Positions 34,244-40,090 of a stretch of DNA of 50,395 bases are shown here, in pieces (the first letter of the stretch is position 1; every line of letters starts with the position of its first letter). Made by a program: the position numbers and the translations under genes. The notes beneath the pieces are model-generated. The model worked only from the letters and a program-made list of their open reading frames with translations. It ran no database searches and was not told the origin of the DNA. Origin of the DNA: a virus; IMG/VR virus record IMGVR_UViG_3300029483_000012; one strand, given 5' to 3'.

Positions 34244-34289
34244 CTGGGGCCGGGTCGCTTTGTCCGGTGCGGCCCGCTAAGGTGTCCGG
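34244..34289. repeat. Intergenic repeat, copy A
   Basis: ctggggccgggtcgctttgtccggtgcggcccgctaaggtgtccgg. It differs from copy B at 1 of 46 positions by eye. Confidence 0.9.
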
Positions 34290-34298
34290 GGGGTGTGG

Positions 34299-34742
34299 TC
34301 AGTCAAGACAGGTTTCAAAGCTCATGCGGTACTGCTCTTTGAGCTTGTCATAGGCGCGGCGGGTGACGGTGTATGTGCTGCGCTGCTCGTCGTAGGATAT
34401 ACCGCGCCCGCGGAGCTGCGGGAGATCGTCGCGGAGCGGACGGAGATAATAATGCTTGCCGTAGTATGAAAGACTGGCGGAAAAGTCGCAGCCCGTCGGG
34501 GCCTTTTGCATTTCGTAGCAATAGGAATATTCACCGGGTTTGTCTGCGTGAACGGCGGGGGACTTTGCCGCCTCCAGTGCTTCATAGTCGGGAGCGTGGC
34601 CGAAAAGCTCACCTGTTTCGATGTCGTAGCGGGCAACGGTAAACTCTGGGACAAAAAGCGTTGTCTGCTCGTTGATCTGCTGGGCGTAGCCGCCGGGGAC
34701 GGGGGTAAAAGTGCCGTTGATTTTGCGCTCGATTGCTGCCAT
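34299..34742 (-). CDS. Hypothetical protein
   Basis: 147 aa with a GAGGAGG RBS. Confidence 0.65.
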   Translation of the reverse strand: MAAIERKINGTFTPVPGGYAQQINEQTTLFVPEFTVARYDIETGELFGHAPDYEALEAAKSPAVHADKPGEYSYCYEMQKAPTGCDFSASLSYYGKHYYLRPLRDDLPQLRGRGISYDEQRSTYTVTRRAYDKLKEQYRMSFETCLD

Positions 34743-34763
34743 GGTGAAAACCTCCTCGTTTTG

Positions 34764-34970
34764 TTAAATAACGCCGCCGTCAGCAGTGACAATGCAGACG
34801 CCACCGCCGCCGGTGATATACTCGTTTCCGCCCTCGTCGGAGTAGTGCTTGCAACCACTGTGTTTCATTTCGCCGGTGAAGCCGTCACGGGTGTATTCCC
34901 ACTCTGGGCGGCGGGTCAATCTGCCGACGATCTCAAAGCCGACGCTTTTTGCGTATTCTCGAATTTTCAT
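34764..34970 (-). CDS. Hypothetical protein
   Basis: 68 aa counted from the ATG at 34970 (MKIREYAKSVGFEIVG...) with a GGAGG 8 nt upstream. Confidence 0.55.
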   Translation of the reverse strand: MKIREYAKSVGFEIVGRLTRRPEWEYTRDGFTGEMKHSGCKHYSDEGGNEYITGGGGVCIVTADGGVI

Positions 34971-35065
34971 TTTGTGCGCCTCCATTTTGTTTCTGGCCTG
35001 CCATCATCAGCGCCGGGCGGCCATTCCCGGCGGACGGCCACAGCGGGCCGTTTCGGCGTTGTGCG

Positions 35066-35950
35066 TCAGGCGACGCGGACATAATAGGCGGATTTTTTGT
35101 TGCTCCACTTGGCCCCGGCGGCCTTGATCGCGTCGGCGTGGCGCTCGGTGTCTCCGGCCAGCCACACCACCGGCGCGGCGGTCTGTGCGCCCTTGATGGT
35201 AGTGGTGACGCCTGCCAGATCGGCAAAGCGGGCGGCAATCAGTTCGGCGGCGGTTTTGGGTTCGGGCTGCTCGGCGGCGGGCGCGGCCTGCTGGGCTTCC
35301 AGCTCGGCAATTTTGTTAGTGGCCCGGTTAAGATCGCCGCGCACGGCGGAAAGCTCGTCTTGTGCCTGGGCCAGCTCGGCGCGGAGTTTGTCGGCCTCGG
35401 CGGTGGCGTCGTTGTCGCACTCGGCAAAGTATGCCTTGACGGCCCGGGCGGCCTTGGGTTCGGGCTTGATCGGCAGAACCAGGGCCAGGGGTTCATCACC
35501 CACATAGGCGACGGCGGCGGAGATCGCGCCGGTGGCCCGGAGCGTTGCGGATGGGGTGAGCGCCGCAATAAATTTTGCGTTGTAGAACGACGCCACACCG
35601 GCGGCGGGGTTGTAGTAACTGGCGGCGGGGGCCTTGCCTGCCTGGAGGGTCAGGGGGCAGCGCTCCAGGGCGGGGGCGTTGGCGGTCTGCTCCACGGTCT
35701 CGTTAAACAGCTTGACCAGATCAAAGCCGTTATCCGCGGCCTTTTCGCCGTTCTGCATGGTGTAGTTACCGGCTTCGCAGCAGGTCACGGGCTGGACGAT
35801 GGCGGCATACTCCGGGGAGTTCATCTTGTAGGCGATAAAGCCGTTGGTAACATAGATCGCGCCGTCGTCGGTCACGCGGCAGATAATGCGCTCGGAGCCT
35901 TTCAGAGCCTTTGCGGCCTCGTTGGTGTAGTTGCCCATGTACTTTTTCAT
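35066..35950 (-). CDS. Hypothetical protein with a coiled-coil linker and a C-terminal ...IKAAGAKWS.....AYYV module shared with the DUF3560-like protein
   Basis: 294 aa with a GGAGG RBS. C-terminal sequence VVWLAGDTERHADAIKAAGAKWSNKKSAYYVRVA. Confidence 0.6.
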   Translation of the reverse strand: MKKYMGNYTNEAAKALKGSERIICRVTDDGAIYVTNGFIAYKMNSPEYAAIVQPVTCCEAGNYTMQNGEKAADNGFDLVKLFNETVEQTANAPALERCPLTLQAGKAPAASYYNPAAGVASFYNAKFIAALTPSATLRATGAISAAVAYVGDEPLALVLPIKPEPKAARAVKAYFAECDNDATAEADKLRAELAQAQDELSAVRGDLNRATNKIAELEAQQAAPAAEQPEPKTAAELIAARFADLAGVTTTIKGAQTAAPVVWLAGDTERHADAIKAAGAKWSNKKSAYYVRVA

Positions 35951-36000
35951 GCTGATAACCTCCAGATCATCTGTTTTTTCTTGTGTGGCCCGGTGTCGGG

Positions 36001-36046
36001 CTGGGGTCGGGTCGCTTTGTCCGGTGCGGCCCGCTAAGGTGTCCGG
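36001..36046. repeat. Intergenic repeat, copy B
   Basis: ctggggtcgggtcgctttgtccggtgcggcccgctaaggtgtccgg, directly after the stop of the 36055 gene. Confidence 0.9.
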
Positions 36047-36054
36047 CGGCTGGG

Positions 36055-36468
36055 TCAGCGCTTGGATTTTTCAACCTGCAAGGCGTTGAACAGGTGGGAC
36101 TTTGCCATATAGAAATGGGGGTCGGTCTCGGGGGCGTCCTGCCCGGCAGCGGCGGCGGCTTCCTTGACGGCCTTGCCGGGCTTGTCGGTGTACTTCCAGA
36201 GGTTGCACACCAGGGCGGCGTGCTGGCCCTTTTTCACGCTGTACCCCATGCGCTTCCACTCCGCGAAAGTGTGGAAAGTGTCAGCGGCCAGCATGGCATG
36301 AAACACGGCGTCGGGGGTCTCGTCGCTGCCCTCGGCAACGGTGATCTTCACGCCCGCCCGGCGGGCGGCGATCTGCTCGGCGGTGTAGGTGGCGGCGACC
36401 AGCTCGGCAAGCTGGGCGGGGGTAAAGCTGGCGCGGACGGTCTCAAAGATGATCTCGTTGTTTGTCAT
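36055..36468 (-). CDS. ArdC-N / DUF1738-like ssDNA-binding-domain protein (first gene of the minus-strand operon)
   Basis: 137 aa. The motif FHTFAEWKRMGYSVKKGQHAALV resembles the ArdC N-domain core (TF.QW..lG..VkKGek). This assignment was made by eye only. Confidence 0.4.
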   Translation of the reverse strand: MTNNEIIFETVRASFTPAQLAELVAATYTAEQIAARRAGVKITVAEGSDETPDAVFHAMLAADTFHTFAEWKRMGYSVKKGQHAALVCNLWKYTDKPGKAVKEAAAAAGQDAPETDPHFYMAKSHLFNALQVEKSKR

Positions 36469-36500
36469 GGTGTTTTTCCTTTCCGGCTCGTTGGCCTGTT

Positions 36501-36550
36501 CACTGTTGCGTGTCGTTCTGTGCTTTCAGCATACACTGTTGCGTGTCGTT
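36501..36550. repeat. Two perfect 17-bp direct repeats (cactgttgcgtgtcgtt) bracketing the -10 of the minus-strand operon promoter; candidate operators
   Basis: Copies at 36501-36517 and 36534-36550, 33 bp centre to centre. Confidence 0.85.
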
Positions 36551-36557
36551 TTGTCAA
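36528..36557 (-). promoter_or_regulatory. Promoter of the minus-strand accessory operon: TTGACA-N18-TATGCT with an A-rich upstream element
   Basis: On the minus strand the -35 TTGACA is at 36552-36557 and the -10 TATGCT at 36528-36533. Upstream lies cgaaaaaaattgcgaaaaag. The ArdC-like gene starts about 60 nt downstream. Confidence 0.6.
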
Positions 36558-36591
36558 GCACTTTTTCGCAATTTTTTTCGGGGGCTGGGGG

Positions 36592-36616
36592 TTCCCCCTA
36601 CGGGGGAAATTTTTTT
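36592..36616 (+). terminator. Plus-strand terminator-like hairpin (ttccccc-tac-gggggaa plus T7)
   Basis: 7-bp GC stem followed by AAT and seven T. No plus-strand gene lies upstream, so its role is unclear. Confidence 0.45.
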
Positions 36617-36635
36617 GAACCGCCCCGCCGGGGCG

Positions 36636-36664
36636 TTGATTTTCCCCGGCGGCGGTGGTAGAAT
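36636..36664 (+). promoter_or_regulatory. Plus-strand promoter TTGATT-N17-TAGAAT facing the small minus-strand gene
   Basis: -35 at 36636-36641 and -10 at 36659-36664. The spacer overlaps a 9-bp hairpin (ccgccgggg/ccccggcgg). Confidence 0.5.
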
Positions 36665-36748
36665 ACAAGCGGCAGGGCGGCGGCGAACTCGCAGCCCGTG
36701 CCGTGGTTGAGAGCGTCGGGCCGTGCCTTGGTGGGGTGGCCCGGCGCT

Positions 36749-36886
36749 TTACTTGTTCAGCAGATCGCGGAGCCGCTGGCGGAACTCGTCAAGGTCTTTG
36801 CACTCGCTGGCGAGTAGCAAGAGCCGGAGCCGTTCGGCCTCCCGTGCCTGCTGTACAAGCAATTCGCTTGCTGTTGGCGTGGTCAT
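36749..36886 (-). CDS. Small helical protein (45 aa)
   Basis: MTTPTASELLVQQAREAERLRLLLLASECKDLDEFRQRLRDLLNK with a GGGGAGG RBS. The longer 144-aa ORF upstream of this ATG is low-complexity. Confidence 0.45.
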   Translation of the reverse strand: MTTPTASELLVQQAREAERLRLLLLASECKDLDEFRQRLRDLLNK

Positions 36887-36973
36887 GTTCACCTCCCCTT
36901 TCTGGTCGCCTGGGCCGTGGTGGCCCTGGGCGGTTCGCTGGGCGGCGGGCCGTGTGGCCTCCGCTTGCCTCGG

Positions 36974-37002
36974 ATGATAGCGGCATTTTTTCGGGCCGTC
37001 AA
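36974..37002 (-). promoter_or_regulatory. Minus-strand promoter TTGACG-N17-TATCAT upstream of the 45-aa gene
   Basis: On the minus strand the -35 is at 36997-37002 and the -10 at 36974-36979. Confidence 0.5.
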
Positions 37003-37016
37003 TAGGGCCAAAACCG

Positions 37017-37057
37017 TTCCCCCGTCCCCCTTTAGGGGGGACTGGGGAAGTTTTTTT
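37017..37057 (+). terminator. Plus-strand rho-independent terminator
   Basis: ttcccccgtccccc pairs with ggggggactggggaa (13 pairs, one mismatch) and is followed by G plus seven T. Confidence 0.6.
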
Positions 37058-37226
37058 GCACAAATTTCCGGGGTGATTTTTTGTGGAAAATGCTGTGTTT
37101 GGGGGATTATAGGGGGCGTATATATCCAGGCTATCAAGATACCAGACCGGGCGCATAAAACCCTCCGCCGGGCGGCTGGGCATGATCGGCGGAAGAACGG
37201 CGGCGGGCAGGAACCGGGGCAGGACG

Positions 37227-37304
37227 GGCGGCAGATCAGCGGGAGACGGCGGCAGATCGGGCCGGGGGTGGCATGGTGTGAGCCGGAACCGTGGGCGGCA
37301 GATC
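37227..37304. repeat. Three copies of the 11-mer GGCGGCAGATC (iteron-like; each contains GATC)
   Basis: Exact copies at 37227-37237, 37248-37258 and 37294-37304. Confidence 0.9.
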
Positions 37305-37356
37305 GTCGCCGTGGTGGCTGCGGCCTATGCGGGCGCGGGCGGTGGGGCGCACTCAT

Positions 37357-37533
37357 GCAGGCCCAGGGGCAGCGCAAGCCGCCAGCAGGCAGAGGGGCAG
37401 CAGAAGCAGCAACCAGGAGCCGCCAGCCGGGAGACCGGACAGCAACCACCGCACCAGGCAGGGACAGCCCACCACCAGCGGGAGCGGAACAGGAAACCAA
37501 CGCCAGCACCAACGCCAGCGGCCAGGCCGAAGA
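37357..37533 (+). other. 177-nt tract with no T on the plus strand (no A on the minus strand), inside a T-poor segment of about 440 nt
   Basis: Base-by-base scan: the last T before the tract is at 37356 and the next T is at 37534. All six frames are open simply because no stop codon can be formed. Confidence 0.9.
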
Positions 37534-37822
37534 TCACACCAAACGCGCCCGCGCCCTCGCCCGCCCGCGCGAAGTCGGAACGCCCGCGCCCGCGAAAGGT
37601 ACTGCTGGGCCGCAGGCCAAGCCTTGCGGGTTCGGAAGCGCAAAATTTTTTTAGGTAAGGGGTCAAAAAATCGCTTCCCTGGGGCCGGGCCGGGAAATAG
37701 TTAGGGGGTCAAAAATGCGACAAACGGGAGCGGATGAGCGAGCAAGACATAAAAAATCCCCCATGAGCTATGCGATGGATAGCACAAGAGGGAAATGAAT
37801 AAGGAATTATTTTGAAAAGCAC

Positions 37823-37851
37823 TTTTATTTTGCGACAATATGCGATATAAT
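37823..37851 (+). promoter_or_regulatory. Candidate promoter with a perfect TATAAT -10 and a weak -35 in an AT-rich context
   Basis: TATAAT at 37846-37851. The hexamer 17 nt upstream is TTTTAT. Confidence 0.4.
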
Positions 37852-37857
37852 ACAGAG

Positions 37858-38064
37858 GCCAAACCAATCTGAATAATTGCGCAAACAAAATCCAAAGGGG
37901 TTACTATACCCTTTTGGGTATTCGCCTATGCGAACAGAGTGAATTTGATAAAATGCAAATTCCGTTTCTGTTCGTATGGGGAAACCCGTTTGCGCAGATT
38001 GGTTTGGCGACTATCGGAGTTTGTGTTTTTGTGCGGCTGCTTCGGTAGCCGCACTTTTTATTTT
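37858..38064 (+). ncRNA. Highly structured leader RNA / candidate riboregulator or sRNA upstream of the lipoprotein gene
   Basis: The outer helix pairs 37858-37870 with 37996-38008 (13 bp) and 37879-37886 with 37988-37995 (8 bp). Inner hairpins lie at 37892-37917 and 37931-37974 (8 + 7 bp). A UUCG-loop terminator follows at 38031-38064. Confidence 0.5.
38031..38064 (+). terminator. Rho-independent terminator with a UUCG tetraloop, between the structured leader and the lipoprotein RBS
   Basis: gtgcggctgc-ttcg-gtagccgcac (10 pairs, one G-T) followed by TTTTTATTTT. Confidence 0.75.
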
Positions 38065-38086
38065 ATACAAAGGGGGTTGCGACGCA

Positions 38087-39130
38087 GTGAAAACAAAAAG
38101 AGGAATGGTACTTCTACTATTTATGGGAACGCTCCTTTTGCTTATGTCTGGGTGCGGAGCAAAATATGAAAATCCAGCTGACCTTCCGTTTGGAAGTGAT
38201 GGGTGGCAGATGCAAACGGCGGGAGAGGCCATAGAAGCTCTGTCCGCAGCCGGATTTACCAATATTCAGGAGAACATAAAGGAAACAAGTTCTGCTGATG
38301 ATGCGGGAAAAATCACAAAGATAACTGTGAACGGTGAAAACCTGTTCCGCAAAGGAGACCGGCACGAGGGAACCGATGTGGTGGAGATCACATATTATTC
38401 CTTGAAACGGTACGAGACAGAAATGGAAATCGAAGTGTCGGGAGATGCGGGGCTGCCGGTGTTCACAGTGAACACGAACCTGCCGAACGGGACAAGACTG
38501 GAATTGAAGCTGAGCAACGAGGAGAGCTATTCTGAGCAGCAGACAGTAAAGGTTAAGGACGGGCAGGCTGTCAGTGATATATTTTGGGATAATGGGCATT
38601 ACCTGCTTGGGGAATACACGCTGTCTGTGGTCATGAAGCCGGAAGATCAGAACGCAAGTGTGCAATATGAAATTGGAAAAAACGGAGAAGCCATGACAGG
38701 GCCGCTGGTACATATAGACGAAAACGATGCGGGTAAATACTTGCTCCTGGAGGATGGCTACACCTCGAACTATACAGAGCCAGAAAAAATCAGTGAAGAT
38801 GAACTGCGGGAGCGCTTTGCACAGGCGCTATCTGGCTTTGGAAACGACTATGAGATTGACTTAGAGGGGTATGTGTACACCGTGAGCGTGTGGCAGGACG
38901 GCTTGGCAGCTTGTGCGATACTGGCGGAGCAAGGAGTGCCGACCGCGGTAGAACAGTGGGGGGAGATTGTGGACACAACGGCGGAAGCGTCCAACAGCCT
39001 GCAAGAGCTACTGAGTATTAGCGGGTATGGCGATTACATGGTGCAAATAGAGGTCTTGAATGACCAGAACCATGAAAACACCTTGCTGACAGTACTCCTG
39101 GGGATGGTGTCATACAACTGCGTCTCTTGA
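38087..39130 (+). CDS. Secreted lipoprotein (moron), candidate superinfection-exclusion factor
   Basis: 347 aa counted from GTG 38087 (ATG 38105 is an alternative start). Signal peptide KTKRGMVLLLFMGTLLLLMSGC with the lipobox LMSGC. The gene is visibly more AT-rich than the neighbouring phage genes. Confidence 0.75.
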   Translation: MKTKRGMVLLLFMGTLLLLMSGCGAKYENPADLPFGSDGWQMQTAGEAIEALSAAGFTNIQENIKETSSADDAGKITKITVNGENLFRKGDRHEGTDVVEITYYSLKRYETEMEIEVSGDAGLPVFTVNTNLPNGTRLELKLSNEESYSEQQTVKVKDGQAVSDIFWDNGHYLLGEYTLSVVMKPEDQNASVQYEIGKNGEAMTGPLVHIDENDAGKYLLLEDGYTSNYTEPEKISEDELRERFAQALSGFGNDYEIDLEGYVYTVSVWQDGLAACAILAEQGVPTAVEQWGEIVDTTAEASNSLQELLSISGYGDYMVQIEVLNDQNHENTLLTVLLGMVSYNCVS

Positions 39131-39249
39131 AAAATTTTGGGAGTTAGCAACTTTCGCAGGTTTTCTGTGTTAATATCATAGTGTGCAATAAAGCCCGTGG
39201 CGGAAACGCTGCGGGCTTTGCCGTTGGATGCGCCCTGCGCAAGCCGAAG

Positions 39250-39276
39250 CCCTGCGTACCTACGCGGGGTATTTTT
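39250..39276 (+). terminator. Rho-independent terminator downstream of the lipoprotein gene
   Basis: ccctgcgta / tacgcgggg stem followed by TATTTTT. An additional hairpin lies at 39190-39219. Confidence 0.55.
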
Positions 39277-39316
39277 GTAGGCTGCGCCGGGGCGCACGAT
39301 TATTTGGAGGTGTGAA

Positions 39317-40090
39317 ATGCCGAAGCGGAGCGAAAAGCGCGACACCGCCAAGGCTGAATACATCGCCCGAAAAGCGAGGGGCGAGGAAGTAAGCCTGCGG
39401 GAGCTGGCAAAAGAGCAAGGCGTGGGCTATCAAACGCTGCGTAACTGGAAAGCGGCGGACAAGTGGGACGAGGCGCTGCCCAAAAGAAAGCGGGGCGGCC
39501 AGCCGGGGAACCGGAACAGCGCCGGGAAACAGAACGCCGCAGGGAGCCATCCGGGCGCACCGGTCGGGAATAAGAACGCGGAGAAGGACGGAGCGTACAG
39601 CGCCGTCTTTTTTGATATGCTGACGGACTGCGAGCGGGAGCTTGTGGAGCAAACGCCGCTGAAAAGCAAAGAGGCCCTGGGGCATGAAATGAAAATCCTG
39701 AAATTCCGGGAACACAAGATACTGGCGAAGATTGCCGAGTATGAAAGTGCCCCGGAAGATAGTCTGTATATCTCCAGCCTGATGGACATGAGAGTGCCGG
39801 GTGGGCGGGGAAAGGACAAAAAGGACGGGGCTGTGCAGAGCATGGGAATGTACAGCAAGGACAGCGCATTTAGTCGGGCACTGAAATTGCAGGAGGCGCT
39901 TTACAAGGTGCAGGGCCGTATTGCCAAGATCGCAGACAGCCTGCGGGCGCTGGAGGAAAGCGAGCGGCGCATGGAGCTGGAGCGGGAACGCTTGGCGCTG
40001 CTGCGGATGCGGGCCACCGGCGCGGTGGATGTACCAGACCCAGAAATGAGCGGAGAGAGCTTTGCCGATGGCGGAGAGGAGGAAGCATGA
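39317..40090 (+). CDS. terS: Terminase small subunit-like protein (YjcR-type, GNKNA repeats)
   Basis: 257 aa. N-terminal HTH-like segment (SLRELAKEQGVGYQTLRNW) followed by GGQPGNRNSAGKQNAAGSHPGAPVGNKNA. Confidence 0.7.
   Translation: MPKRSEKRDTAKAEYIARKARGEEVSLRELAKEQGVGYQTLRNWKAADKWDEALPKRKRGGQPGNRNSAGKQNAAGSHPGAPVGNKNAEKDGAYSAVFFDMLTDCERELVEQTPLKSKEALGHEMKILKFREHKILAKIAEYESAPEDSLYISSLMDMRVPGGRGKDKKDGAVQSMGMYSKDSAFSRALKLQEALYKVQGRIAKIADSLRALEESERRMELERERLALLRMRATGAVDVPDPEMSGESFADGGEEEA

Noticed and set aside
36889-37704. Long ORFs on both strands across the T-poor region (for example 36917-37654, 37182-37658 and 37291-37704 on plus; 36889-37512 and 37325-37666 on minus)
   Set aside because: All six frames are open only because T (or A on the other strand) is nearly absent. 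No RBS or recognisable domain is present. I kept the region as a compositional anomaly rather than annotating genes, although a disordered protein cannot be fully excluded.
37976-38086. N-terminal extension of the lipoprotein ORF from ATG 37976
   Set aside because: The extension lies inside the structured leader and the terminator hairpin and would place about 40 residues before the signal peptide. GTG 38087 (or ATG 38105) gives a canonical lipoprotein signal.
39131-39316. Searched for a cos/pac site and a late promoter upstream of terS
   Set aside because: Only hairpins and terminator-like elements could be seen. No cohesive-end sequence can be identified by eye.
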